From Schmidtea polychroa (taxonomy: Eukaryota), in NCBI GenBank assembly GCA_044892525.1, contig CM097886.1:147270818-147314000 (forward strand): a stretch of 43,183 nucleotides of DNA. The letters are read 5' to 3'. Positions 1 through 13,044 of this stretch are shown one piece after another (position 1 is the stretch's first letter; every line of letters starts with the position of its first letter). The notes under the pieces are model-generated. The model was not told the origin of the DNA, ran no database searches, and saw only the letters and a list, made by a program, of their open reading frames with translations. The position numbers were made by a program, and so were the translations under genes.

Positions 1-494
1 TGACTTTTGATAACACTGATACAAGCACTCTCAAATTAAAATGTTATAATAAAATAATAATAAAATTAAGCAATTCATTAAATAATGTACTAGTTTAGTC
101 AAGTCTCACTTCATCCATAATCCAGAAACCAACGATATGGTGACAAAAGGTGTAGAAGTTGGTGCATCCAGTAGACAGAACCAACCAATGTATTCTCTTG
201 AATTTATCTGACCAACAGATCAGCTTTTAGTGTGTTTGGCTATGTGAAATAATTAAAATTTTTGTAAACAATAGGGGGTTTAGATGTTTTTGTTTGGCCA
301 TGATATTAATTTTATTTGATGTCTATTGTATAATGAATAACGAATAACATAAGACTAATGATGACATATTAATGAAAGATAATGTAGAGAAACGAAAGAG
401 AGCTCATAAAACTCTGTTCAATAAATGTAAATATCCGAAAGAAATAAATGAGTCAATGTGCCAAATATTAAAAGCTAAATGAACGGATAAGAAT

Positions 495-1254
495 TAGTAT
501 TTGCAATACCGGGATCCCGGGATCCTTTATAATTTCCCCATCCCGAAAACCCGGGATTTCAGGATTAGAATAAAATTTTATGTTGGTGTGATTAGCAGCA
601 ATGAGATATATGCATTTCAATATCTGTAGTATTTATTATCTAATTCATTAAGTAATTATTGTTGGTACAACGTTTTTGATTATTAGTGTGTGAAAAATAT
701 TTTTGGTGTCAGAGTTAATAAATAACTACACAAGCGCGTAATTACAAAAAAATAAGTAAGAAAACAGATATTCAAAAACAAAGAAAATGAAACAATAAGA
801 GGTCGATCAAATTCATAAGGAGAGAAAAAAGTAAAAATCGAAATTTATCTAAAAAACAAAATTTTATCATTCGTATTGCACTTGTATTGCTCAATATCTA
901 CACTATCTCCAAAAGTTTACAATTTTTTAATGACAATTAAGCCCACATGTATAGAGTCAGAACAAGCATTTTCAGTTGCTACTTTGATATGCTCAAAAAG
1001 TCGGAGTCGGCTAAATAATGAAACGATTGATACATTATGCTTTTTAAGATCGTATTTTCAAAAAATAAATAATTGATCCCTTAATTTTTGAAATTATGAA
1101 TATATATTTTAGCACAATGTGTGAACCTTCCTTTTTATTAATCTATACCAAGAAATATTAATTTTGTTGATAAATAACTAATACCATTCATATTTATGTA
1201 CCTGTTTTTCATTGATTTAAAAAGAAAAAACAAAATCCCGGAATTGAAACTCTA
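495..1254 (+). mobile_element. Non-autonomous hAT derivative with imperfect TIRs, retaining the transposase C-terminus
   Basis: Left end TAGTATTTGCAATACCGGGAT (from 495) resembles the reverse complement of the right end AATCCCGGAATTGAAACTCTA (1234-1254). Encloses an hATC-like ORF. No clear 8-bp TSD. Confidence 0.6.
876..1076 (+). pseudogene. hAT transposase C-terminal dimerisation domain fragment
   Basis: TIKPTCIESEQAFS...SKSRSRLNNETIDTLCFLRSYF matches the hATC pattern (P-T-S-x-x-S-E-R-x-F-S ... R-S-R-L). Confidence 0.8.
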
Positions 1255-1882
1255 AATATTTGTAGCCCAATATATGTGCTCTCCATTACTCAAGAATTCT
1301 ATCGGTTAACATAGGCGAAAAATCTGCTATTAACCACAGAAAATTCAAAATTAAATTTTATTAAAATGCATTTAATTAAATCAAGACGGTCTTTAAGGAG
1401 CTCTGTGACACTTTACAAATTGAAAGTTTTAATTTGCGGCGCACTTTTTAAAAATATTTTCATTATGAAATCTTATTCTATTTCTGCATATTGTGTAGGA
1501 GTACAGATGAAACCTTAATTGAAAATTTATAAAGGCGTTTTATTTTTTCAAAAAGATTTTTTGTCTTAAATAGTTTAAATTGTATTCATTATCTAAATTT
1601 ATATCAAATTTATTTTAAAATTGAGCTAACTTTTAAAGTTAAAGAAATCTCTTTATTTCATTTTTATTTGTTTGAAAAATATGTAAGTTTATACGAATTT
1701 AATAATTTCAAATATAAATTTTTATTTGCAATTTTTATATTGATCTATATTTTTTATACTAAGTTTTTTCAGCCATAATTTTTTATTTGTAAGATTTATG
1801 ATTTTTTTCTGTTTTTATAATTCAAAAAATTAACTATCTTATAATTATAACACTTTTAGAAAATTCAAAAATATTACTTTTA

Positions 1883-4800
1883 ATGCCCATTTCTAAATCT
1901 AGAAATAAAATTATACAACTACAAGCAAATATTAATAATAATACCAGTTTACAACAAGAAATTTGTGATAAATCATTTTTGCTGAAAAATTTTGATGATA
2001 AAAAATTTTTTTTCAAACGAAAAGTTTTTATTGATGGTATTAATGGTTTGGAATTTACCAAACTTGAAAAAATGTTAATAAAACTTAAAGCTGTATGTTC
2101 TATTTAGATACTTATTCTATGTACTTGAAATCTTCTAGGAAGTTCTTGAGAGTTATGATGAAGCATTAGACTATGTGATAGTATCCAAGAATCAGTTGAC
2201 ATGTTTAAATTCGACAAATAAAATTAGTGAAATATCTAATAATAAATCTAATGGAAACTTATTAACTTTGGATTCTAAATTAACAAGATCTCGTCAAATT
2301 CAAAAGCTTTTAAATTCTTCAACTGGGAAAAACAATGACAAAGTAAGTTTAAGCAAAAATTATTAATTTTTATAATTAAAATCTGAGATAATGTTTCATA
2401 ATTCTTTTTTAATTTAGCCTCCTATTTCAAATAATCAATCTCATTTTATAACCCATCTTAGAAAAAACAATGTTCCAATTTTATGTGTTACAGGTAATTA
2501 ATTAAAATCGTCGTTCAAGCTTAATGGTAATTTCAATTCAGATGTCTGGAAATGGATTACAGCTCATTATGCCAAACTTATTCAGGTGATTTTTCAATCT
2601 ATTAAAATAATTATCAACTTTTTAATTTATATTTACTTATTTTTATTCATTTATAAAAATTTAATGAAACTGAAATTTTTAGTCAAATTTGATTGGTTTA
2701 CTACCGATGGATTTTATTTGGTTTACGTTTCACTGATTCGATTGGCTACTTTTATGAATAATATAATGCAAAATATTTGAATACAGGTAACCCTCCTACG
2801 ACGCGGTAAATAGGTTCCTAAAAATGCTGCGCTGTAGTGGCGTAACTAGTGGACACAGGACCCTGCGTTGCGGGGGCCACAAATTATTACTAAAAAATAT
2901 TTACAATCATTTTCTGAAACTTTTTTCCCGCAGTTATATTTGCCTACAAGCATAAAACTATCATTGAATAGCGGCTGCTGTGAATAACTATGTATTAAAC
3001 TTTAACCGAAAAATTTAAGTGGAAATATTTTACATTGCGCGGGGGGCCCAAATTTTGAAGTTCCGCCACTGCCTGCACTTCTGATTATAATACGAAAACC
3101 AAAAAAACAAATTTGCACTTCGTATATTTTACTGCACTTGTAAATCAATAATTTTTGATAATATATTGACCAGGTGTGCGGGAAACTAGATTTGCGAAAT
3201 CGAAGCACTGGTGCTATTTTAGGGGGAAGGGTGTACGTGCGATAACCCAAAGTTGTCCGTGGGGCTAATATCTACCTATTATTATTATTATTATTATTAT
3301 TATATTTATTATTATTATTATTATTATTATTTCATGTGACATTTCTACATACCGAGAGTATTTATTTGCATTTTTTATTATCTAATGTTTGCAAGTTATT
3401 TTTCTACACCTTTCTCAATTTATATATTAAATGAAGGCATCAAACGCAATATTATTCCATAGAAACCGGTGTATAAGTATAGTGCACCAATTTTTAATTT
3501 TAAACGAAAATTATTAAGAAATTTTTAAGATTATTGATTTAAGGGGCATTTACAAAAATCCATTTTTTTGTCTATTACAAAAATAGAACATTTTTTAAAA
3601 ACAACAACTGATAATAAACAAAACAATATGATTAAGATCCGTTTTTCTTGAGTTATAAAAACGGAGCTGGAATTCTTCTAATTCGTGATCTTCTGGCTAT
3701 AGGGGTAGGCAAATCCGATGATTCTAAATTAAGATTAGAAAGAGGTAAAATACTCCAAGAGTAAGAATCGTAATACACTTTTATAATATTTATAATATTC
3801 GGAAACATGTTCGATCTGATTTAAGTTGTGATTTCCAAAAATGGCACATATTCCAAGATCATAGCCAACTTTTTTTTACACTCAAATGTTTTATTGTTTA
3901 TATCCACCGTAAATCTATTGTCAACAAGAAATATATTGTTATTAGACTGCTCTACGGAAAGTAATGATCCTTGGGTCATATTTCTATTCAAAACATTAAG
4001 GCATTTATCAATAATTGGCGTTGGAAATCTTTTTTGTAATTTATTCAAAAAATATTCTATTTTGTAATTTATTTAAAAAATATTCTATTTTAGTAATTTT
4101 TCCTTAATTTAAAAGTGCAGGAAAATATTTGACATCACCTCAATTAATTAATATAGAGTTAATCATCGAAATATGTAAATTCGGTTTTAAAAATTAGTTA
4201 ATTTATAAAATAAATAATGTCTCACCCTTTTATGCATAAATCCGGCATATCTAAAATTCATAATAAATCATCAAATGATGAATGTTAAAATAATAGAAAG
4301 TTTTATTAATTATTAATTATTATTAAAATTTTATACAATATTTTTATTGGAATTTAATTTTCATTTTTTTCCAAAGAATGCAGAAATAGTAAAAGAAAAC
4401 AAAATCATCGATGCGGCTAAGGGGCTAAGAGTTATAAGTGGTCCGGGATTTAAAATTTATCACGAGCAGGGCATATATGCACCTATATATAAAACTAAGT
4501 CCAAGTATATGCCGAATTATTGGGAAGAAGAATGTTCGATTAGCCCTGATAAGAATTTAGCAATTGAAAAGACTATTGAACCAAGTCAAACTAAATTGCC
4601 GTCAGAAGTCACAAAGAAATTCCGAAATTCTAATAATTTGTTGAAGCCTTTGGGGGAAAATGTTAAGATTGAAAAAAAGAAAATCGAAGCCACTAAATTG
4701 TACTGTGAATGCTGTCGTGTTTCTTTTAAAGATACAGTCAGAGTAAGGCTTGCTAGAGAGTTTGTTGAGTTGAGTATTTTTTTATCATAGCATCTTCAAA

Positions 4801-7214
4801 CACCGAGTCATTTAAAATTTTCCGATGATCCTTTGAATTTTCAAGGATTTGGCGAAGATTTCAACATAAATTCACACTTGAAAGAGTTTTTATCCACTAG
4901 AATCAGAAAACAAAAAGCTATTGAAAGAATAGAAAGCAGAAAATTGATTAAAAAACTGTGAGTTTATTCTTTTATTTGCTTTTCATTCTACTCTCTTTTT
5001 TTTGTTAGGTCTGTTAACGATTTCAAAAACGAAATGACCAATCTTCCTAATCAGACTGTTTCTCAAACTATTGACGGACAATTGATAAATGATAATGAAT
5101 TAGAATTAGATGGAATTGAATCGATTGTGCAAGAAGTGAAAATCAATAGTGAAAATTTTTTAAATGGAATCGACATAATACATGAAGAAAATGAAAATAA
5201 GATGTCAGAAAAATTGACTAATGAGAATGAAGCAGTTTTGAAGATAAACGAGGGAGTCGAATCAGTTGGAAAAGAAGAAGAAATCGTTAAAATCGTCCTT
5301 GAAAGCAATGCAAATGAGATCGAGGTGATAAATAATGAAACTGAGAATGAAGCGTCAAAACAATTGATACAAGAGAGCGAAGCGGCTATAAAAATAAACG
5401 AGGAAGTCGAATCTATTGGAAAAGAAGAAAAAATCGTTAAAATCAACCTTGAAAGAAATGCATATGAGATCGAGCTGATAAATAATGAAACTGAAGCGTC
5501 AAAACAATTGATAGAAGACAACGAGGCCGTTTTACAAATGGATAATGGAGGCAAATTGATTGCAAAAGAAGAAAAAGTCGTTAAAATCGTCCTTGAAAGG
5601 AATGCTAATGAGATCGAGGTGATAAATAATGAAACTGAAAATAAAGTAACAGAAAAATTGACAGAAGAGAACGAAGCGGTTATAAATATAAACGAGGGAG
5701 TCGAATCTATTGGAAAAGAAGAAAAGATCGTTGAATTCACAAATGGTATTGAGGCGATAAATAATAATAAACGACAAACTAGAAATAATTCTGGGTGGAT
5801 AAGAATCTCCAATGAAAGTGTTACACCCATCTCGAAGAAGAGATCTAAATTATCACTGAAACTTCGTCGAAAGCCTCATGTCGTTACAGATAGTGAATTG
5901 CGATACGAATCTTGTGAAAATTTGAACCCGGTTAAAGCTTATTCTGCCGCAATAGAATCGAAAATCAAAAATGAATATTCTGTTTGTGAGTCAGCAGGCC
6001 CAATATGCCACCATTCAGCAGTTATTATTAATCATCAATATGCTCCAGAACCGAATGAATTACAGCCAATCGAAGTTGTGAAAGAAAACCGAACAATTTC
6101 TCGTGATGTTTCCTACAATGTCGTGGAATTCGATGAGAAATTTATCACTATCCACAACTTCTTCGTTCCATTGGACGTTTTGAGCATTGTTCTGGGTCAG
6201 TGTGACAAAATGACAATTCCAAATTTCATTGAGTTAAATCCCATTTCAGTTGTTAAGTTGTCCCGTGCTGCCCAGACAACCATCGTTCAATCGGAACTCT
6301 CAAATTTATCTCCCGAAATTTCCTATTTCCCAAAAGTATCCGAAGAAATTGCCTCGATAGAACTAAGCCATCACCCAGTAGCTGGAATAGCGAATGTTTC
6401 CACGGTTACTTGCTATAACAGCATTGAGTCTGTTGAAATCATCAAGATCCCAATCGATAATGAAATCGTGAATGATAAATTGAACAATTCTCTTGCCAGT
6501 TCAATCGATTTCCCGTCCACGTGTCGATACAATATCACCTTGCACTCGACTCCAGAAAGTGTTAAAACTCCGCTTTCCCCGATTGATACCAACTTGAACA
6601 AGATCGCATTTTCTCCGTTCATTTTGCGAATGGCCAAAAAATCCTGTGCAAAAAACGGTCGATGCAGTCCAGAATTTGACGTATCTCCGTTGCGTTACGG
6701 ACCGGTCGATAGTTCGTTTTTTCAATTCGATACCCATTCGACTCAGGAAACCATTTTGGATCCGATTTTGAATCTGAAACAAATGATAAATTCCGACCCG
6801 AAATTCGATGTTTTCTCATCTAATAATCGAAATATCAATTCCAAATTCAAACCGTATTTTTCAGTGGATTCGTTAGTGGAAAATCATTTCCTGGAAAAGT
6901 TCGACATTAATTTGAAATCGGACTCAGGAAAATTTATTGAAGTTGTATCCAAAAATAAGAAAAAGAAATCGAAAAAACCCAAAAAACGATCTCGACCCGG
7001 TAATGGATTCCATTCGTCATCATTCGGTGACGGTAATAGCAATTACGATAAAAGCATCGATACCACACCGAAACCGAAACGACAGCGTCTAAAGTCCTCA
7101 AAAATCTCAAATGACATCATATCAGAATCACCTTTATCAATTCGTCCGTTTCGACGTGCCAAATATATTGCGAGAGAATCGATTAATATTTCCACGAATC
7201 TCTATTTGAATTGA
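1883..7214 (+). CDS. DBF4: DBF4/ASK/Chiffon-like Cdc7 kinase regulatory subunit; exons 1883-2092, 2139-2342, 2418-2493, 2542-2585, 4377-4742, 4791-4957, 5009-7214 (3273 nt, 1090 aa)
   Basis: All six introns are GT-AG and phase-compatible (46, 75, 48, 1791, 48, 51 nt). Motif N/BRCT-like RKVFIDG...KLKAEVLESYDEALDYVIVSK; motif M GPGFKIYHEQGIYAPIYK...MPNY; after splicing, motif C zinc finger YCECCRVSFKDTVRHLQTPSHLKF with the C-x2-C-x9-H-x5-H spacing of DBF4. Confidence 0.85.
2835..3071. mobile_element. hAT-type MITE in DBF4 intron 4
   Basis: Ends TAGTGGCGTAACT / AGTTCCGCCACTG (11/13 inverted match), GGGGGCC subterminal motifs, flanks a degraded 6/8 TSD-like match. Confidence 0.6.
3277..3331. repeat. 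(ATT)n microsatellite
   Basis: Direct reading of the sequence. Confidence 0.95.
3821..4048 (-). pseudogene. Possible degraded MULE/SWIM transposase fragment
   Basis: FLVDNRFTVDINNKTFECKK followed by frameshifted YDLGIC resembles the SWIM lead-in (TVDL..TCxC..GIPC). Weak. Confidence 0.25.
5190..5765 (+). repeat. Four in-frame tandem repeats of about 50 codons inside the DBF4 tail
   Basis: Recurring peptide EAV(L/I)KINEGVES(I/V)GKEE(K/E)IVKI(V/N)LE(R/S)NA(N/Y)EIE(V/L)INNETE. Confidence 0.9.
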
Positions 7215-9701
7215 AACAACTACAAAAGATAGATTTCCCTAGGGAGAAATGTGCACTTATATGATTTGTGATAGAATATCACACTGTCCTCCCACATCTC
7301 TATCCGTGACAATCGGGATGATATTCTATTTAATTTGAGTTGATGTTCCAGCCCCATTCAACTTGGATTGTTTCCGTTTTAACGGATTGGACTTTCGATA
7401 TTGTTTAGGGATTTTTCTAATATCAATAATCGAATTTTTTTAATAAATGTGCTTTCTACTTTTTCAATGAAATTTCTATTTTTAATTTATTATTATAGCT
7501 AAATTTTTAATTTCAAGTTGTCATATTTATATTGATTAATTTATATAGTTAACGATTTATTTATTACTAATATATTTATAAATATTTCTCCATATAATTT
7601 TCATACTCAAAATAATAACTTGATATAAATGTGGAGTTGGTAATATATTTATAAATAATAACTTTAAAATAAAGATTAATTCGCATTATGTTATAGTAAT
7701 GTTGAGGTTGGAATGAAAAAAAAATAAAAGTTAATTAAAAATGAAGTCCACAGGTAAGAGTATCTAGCAAATGAAAAGATGAAAAAAGAATGTATAATAA
7801 TGAATAGTTAAGCTCTATGGAAGGACAAAAGAATTAGTCAAATTAAAAATTATGTTAAATATTTTAATGAGAAGGTGCGGCAAAATATGGCATAATGATT
7901 AATTAGTTTGTAGGTGTAGGGATGTTATGTTTAAATGGACTAAAAAATGAAAAAAATAGAATTATCCAGCTATCAAAAAACCGTTTTTTTAAAAATAAAT
8001 TATTTGGATATTTAAAATTATCATATTATGATTATTAATTATAAATTCGTCTCAGAAGTAAAATGTTGGATTTTTATTTGAAAGTCGGTTCTCTCTGACT
8101 CCTCGTTCTTATTCAGCCAAAATTAATCAAAACCAACACAGAATAATTTTATTCACTCTTAATCACAATTACTATCTGTATCTTTATCTTTAGATAATTT
8201 TACATTCGATAAGGTAGAAAACCAACCTTTTCTTGTACGAGTCTTACCTTGCTTGAATTACTATATTTCTCCTTTAAATTACTGATAGACGGATCTCTGC
8301 TTCTTTACTTTCTTTTTCGACTAAATGGCGGCTTGTTCACTTCTGAGCTCTCTTTTTATACTGAGCCCAATCATGTAGAAAATTGCGCTAAATAATCTCT
8401 TCGGGAATCCTAAATCAATATTTTGGCTTTTTTTGTTTATTCTAATTTGTTAACCCTTGATTAGGGCTAAAAATATTGCTTCTTTTATTTCACTGCTCAG
8501 GTCTCACTGCGCTTTGGGTTTCCCATTGGCTCGGATTTTCCATTACCGGTTAATTAATTTTAATTACTTTGTTTTTTTCGCATTAACTTTCCTTGTAAAC
8601 ACCTTATTAAATTTTCATTATAATTTCTGAACTCGTCCACCTTACCCGATACCCTTGACTTTTTCTAATATTGATTTTTATTTTTAGTAAATTTTAAATA
8701 ATTTTGCACTTATATTGATTTTACTATTATTTGTTATGCTTCCTTTTTAATTATGATTTATTTGGTTTTTTCGCTAAACCCAACAAAAAGGAAATAAATT
8801 AATTCAAAATTACAGTATAATCAAATAAATCAACAATCATATACATATTATACAAACTGATCAATCTTTACAAAATTCAAATATATTTCAACAGATAAGA
8901 AAATATTACTGAATTTACAGTGGCATAATCATTGTTGATCAAACTCATATGTTTCACTGTTTTGCCGTAATTGGATTCCTAGTATATCATATTCATCTAC
9001 CCCATAGATTAGTATTGTCAATGCTATTGAGAGGTCCTTGAAAAAAAATTGAAATTATTATGATTGTTGCAACATGGATTTTAATATTTTATCTCACAGA
9101 TATTCTGTTGAATCTCTGGAAATGCAAAATCATATCTCAGAATATCTCAGAATAGAATATCTCAGGATAGAATATCTCAGGAATCGAAATTTGTATTCCA
9201 TATGGAATTTCTTATACTTAGAAACACTTCTCAAAATTCTATTGCTCCATCACAATAATTTAAGCAAAGAGGTGCCGCCTATGATAATATTCTGAACCAA
9301 TGGGGTAACCGCCATTAGATCGGTTTACCACATTAGTTTCTACACCAAAGCTCAATAGATAATCATTAATGAGACATTGAATTAGAAATGTCGATTGAAC
9401 TTTGTTTTGGTTTTAGTTGTTGTGAGGTATTTTCAGCTGAGAATTAAATATTTCAATGATTTATTAAAATAATTTTAAATGAGAAATAATTGACTATTTA
9501 AAAAAACTTTTAAAAACATTTTTAAATTGAAATTTTTAAAATTTTAAAATTTAAAAATCAAACAAGCTTCTATTAGTAAATCATTTTTAAATTAATATAT
9601 TTTAAATATCGAAATTTTAATAAATAGTTTTTGAAATATTTTATTGAACACTGAAAATTCGTTTGAAAATTATACAATATATTAAATAAATACTTGGAAT
9701 T

Positions 9702-9940
9702 ATGACGTTAACTTTTGAACCGGATTTAAAAAATAATTTAGAAGATGTGTTAGCAGCTTTTAATATGTCGACAACATCTATGGATTTCTTCATAAAGAAG
9801 CTATTTCCAAACGATTATCATAGAGAAGATGATGTTGAAGCATTCATTAAAGAATGTGATAAATATTTTAAAGTGGTACAAATGCCTACTTCAAGACAAC
9901 AAGTGGTGATCGAATTAGTGATCGATAAAAAGATCAGATA
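9702..9940 (+). pseudogene. Ty3/Gypsy gag N-terminal fragment ending in an (AT)n tract
   Basis: PNDYHREDDVEAFIKECDKYF resembles gag N-terminal motifs; the ORF runs into an AT microsatellite at about 9938-9960. Confidence 0.55.
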
Positions 9941-10014
9941 TATATATATATATATATATAGGAGTTGAGCCATTCTGAGCTATTCGTGATTCTCGCATTT
10001 CTCAAGAATTGTTC

Positions 10015-10726
10015 TCAAAGACAATGGTTATTTTCTTCGCATTGTGTCTCTTCTTGATCTGTTGTGACTAAATGACTCTTCTGATAGTCTTCTTTGTGGT
10101 GATATAGGCATGGCTTTTCTTGGGTATTCTTTTGAATTCTCGTCTGCGCTCCCTCAGTCACGCTAGCGTAAGTTCTTTGACCGATTGCTCTAATAAATTC
10201 CGTTTTATTGTTTCCATTTTTGTTACTTTCAAAATTTTTCGCCAATGATCTCGTTTCTTCAATTTTTGTTTCTGGTTTCGTCAACAGTATCTCCCTCAGT
10301 CTCGCATCACTTGCTTTATTTGCGATGAGATCTTGAACAATATCTTCCACTGATCGTCCTGATATACAACTTCAGCTAAAGATTTCTTTAGACGTATCTC
10401 TAAAGCTGCAACGCGTTCATCATCTTCTTGTTCCATAGGTGGCAATTCTCTGATTTTTCAGTTATTGATTTTGTAATTGAGAACGTATGTAAGAACCACG
10501 CTTTGGCTTTTACATCTGTTGTTTCTGTTTCTCTGACGTTTCCCCACAATATCTTTGCTTCTGCCACCAATAACACATTAAAAGTGCTTGTCAATCGCTG
10601 TCCATTTCTCAGAAGCCATTCTTTTTTTTCACTGATCCATTTTTCGAATTCTTGTAAACCTCGTCCATCATATTGTCTAATGTTCAGTGTCAGCATGTCT
10701 TTGCATGATTTCGGTAGGCCTTCCAT
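10015..10726 (-). pseudogene. LTR-retrotransposon gag fragment, frameshifted
   Basis: Two collinear ORFs (10400-10726, 10015-10350). LREILLTKPETKIEETRSLAKNFE matches the gag capsid C-terminal LRE.LL....L..A...A..FE pattern. Confidence 0.55.
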
Positions 10727-11637
10727 TAGCGATTTTTTAGATGTAGTTAGACGATAGTTAGATCCATCTTGGGTTTAAGAATCTTCAAATCTGACATAAA
10801 TTTATTAAATTGAAATATATAAATAAGTAAATTATATATTAATCCGTTATATTTGTATACAATAAAATAGTATATTAGGAAAGCGTAAAATTATAATTTC
10901 GACCTTTAAATAAACGTCACATACTGCTTTAAATTTAGAGACAGTTCGAAATTAAAAAATTCAGTCAACTAACTAGTCTTTTTTTTACAAAAGTAACACA
11001 ATACGCACGACAGTCTTATAACAAAACATCTTGATTTGATTTAATTGATTTGATTTTGATATGTGAAATGCATTTGAGATCTCTACCCCAATTTACATAG
11101 ACCTCAAATAAATTTTAAATAAATTATTTCATTAATTATTTATGATTAAAAAAATATCAGCCACAAATTCTTTCTAAACACCAATATAATCTTGAAGAAA
11201 GTGCTATTTAAAGTAATTCAGCTATAAGACTGACCGAGAGCACTATTTATTTTATTAGATAAATAAAGTTTGTTTTTGAACGGCTTCTCTTTGAATTAAG
11301 TATAATTTAAATAATAATCTACCTTACTTGAAATAAAGTAATTTTTTTATTATTTTTATTTGTATAAAAGTTCGAATTTTTAAAATTATAAATTATTATA
11401 GTTCAAAATTGTTTTCACCAAAGTTTGTTTAAATATTTGTGCCGACATATATACAATTTTATTTATATTTTTGACATCAAATTTTTTTATTTAGTTAGCT
11501 CTAATTTGAAAGATTTTAAGGAAAAGCATCACAATAAAATACAAGAAATAATTTTTTATAGCTGAGAAAAAATAAAAACAAATAAAAGTATTATTTTTTA
11601 TGTATTACTACATATTTATTACTACATACTACATATA

Positions 11638-11726
11638 ACACTTTAATAATTACAACCTGTTTAAAATGATATTTGTATTTGTACACTTTAATAATTACAA
11701 CCCGTTTAAAATGATATTTGTATTTC
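11638..11726. repeat. Tandem duplication of about 45 bp
   Basis: ACACTTTAATAATTACAACC(T/C)GTTTAAAATGATATTTGTATTT occurs twice. Confidence 0.9.
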
Positions 11727-12476
11727 TAGTTAAAAACTAATTTTGAACTCGTTTATTCATCACTGCATAATATGTATGTTGTGGAAATATCAATTGAAAG
11801 CCTTAATTAGAAGTGAGATTTAATTTTTAGTTATTTTTATTTATCTAATAATTCTAAAATACCAATAGTATATAAAATTCTCATTTTTATTAGTAAATAA
11901 TATTTTTTTTGCTATAGAATTCCAAATAGGATAGTTTTTTCCTAATTGAATAAAATAATTATACAGCATAAAGTACACTTTATATTAATTTAAAGTTATT
12001 AAAATTATGCTTTTAAGTTTTATAAATGTTTGAAAATGGGCACTTATCCAGTTTGCATCACACGGGTAAAATAAAAAGATAATGAAATAACACACATTTC
12101 TTCTCCGCAACAACAAATCTTCTTGTTGGTAATCCATGTTGCTGGCAAAAGAAATGGTACCAGACTCATTGAGGATCATCATTAGTAACTGTGCAGGTGT
12201 GATATTTATTAAATTCATTTCAAATTAATTATTTTATTATTTATATTGATCAATATTATATTATAATTATTTAACCCATGTGGGGAAACTGGGAAAGTGC
12301 CGAAATTGAAGGAATTTGTTCAAAAACTGACTTTATATATCTGATAAAATATCTAGTAATTTTGATTCGTCGTAAAGCTCAATGCTAGATTACCTAAAGC
12401 ATAAAAATACATTCACCATAGAATAATTTTCGTTCCCGATCAAGTTTGTGCTTGTCTTTATAACCACGATTGTTAA

Positions 12477-12875
12477 TGTGGTGGAAATTTGGGATAAAAC
12501 TTGTTTATATTAGAAGATCCGATTTGTTCATTACTTTATCGATGTGGTTGGTACTTGTTTTAGTTTTGCACTTTTCCTTCGTTGATCCAGCCTTTCTTCA
12601 TCCTTCCAATAAATTTGTGGAACTTTTATATTAATTAATCAAGCGTATTGTTAGGCTAGAGCTAGTATTAAGCCCAAGTGATTGAATTGTGACTGAGAGG
12701 CGTTGGCACACAACAAGCATACATACCACCAAGCAGAGTCAAACTCAAACCCATCCAAACACCGAATAAACACTTAAACAGAATTCACATGTGGTGGAGT
12801 TATATTCAATCATTGTTAAGAACGCTGAAAGCGACCAATTAGATTTTTGTTAAGGCCGTGTAACGCCTCACTACA
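12477..12875 (-). mobile_element. Putative 3' LTR of the Gypsy element (far boundary uncertain)
   Basis: On the minus strand a purine-rich GGGGCTGA tract is followed directly by TGTAGTGAGGCG at 12875, downstream of the integrase. Candidate CA end at 12477. Confidence 0.5.
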
Positions 12876-13044
12876 TCAGCCCCACGTGAAGTCGCGGAGC
12901 ACACAGGGACCCAAGAGTAGAGGTTGATGAAAGGTCTACTAGGAACAAGATCTAAATCAAAGTGTAGTGACAGTTTATCAAAGGTGGATAGTGTCTAGAA
13001 GGAAATTCGGCGATTAATGAATTAAATGATTAAATGGAATAAAG

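Noticed and set aside
136-152. PBS-like TGGTGAC (also TGGTGTCAGAG at about 706)
   Set aside because: No CA-ending LTR immediately upstream and no gag downstream; too short to support.
5063-5830. 255-aa hydrophobic minus-strand ORF (and 5532-5777, 6413-6819)
   Set aside because: Antisense shadows of the Glu/Asn/Lys-rich DBF4 exon and its repeats.
7263-7330. Inverted ATAGAATATCA/TGATATTCTAT pair in the DBF4 3' region
   Set aside because: 11-bp AT-rich match with unpaired interior; compatible with chance.
9138-9182. AGAATATCTCAG short tandem repeat producing EYLRIEYLRIEYLR in ORF 9074-9295
   Set aside because: Simple slippage repeat; the ORF has no other coding support.
11985-12218. 77-aa minus-strand ORF as a possible host exon
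   Set aside because: No recognisable motif and no consistent splice sites linking it to other exons.
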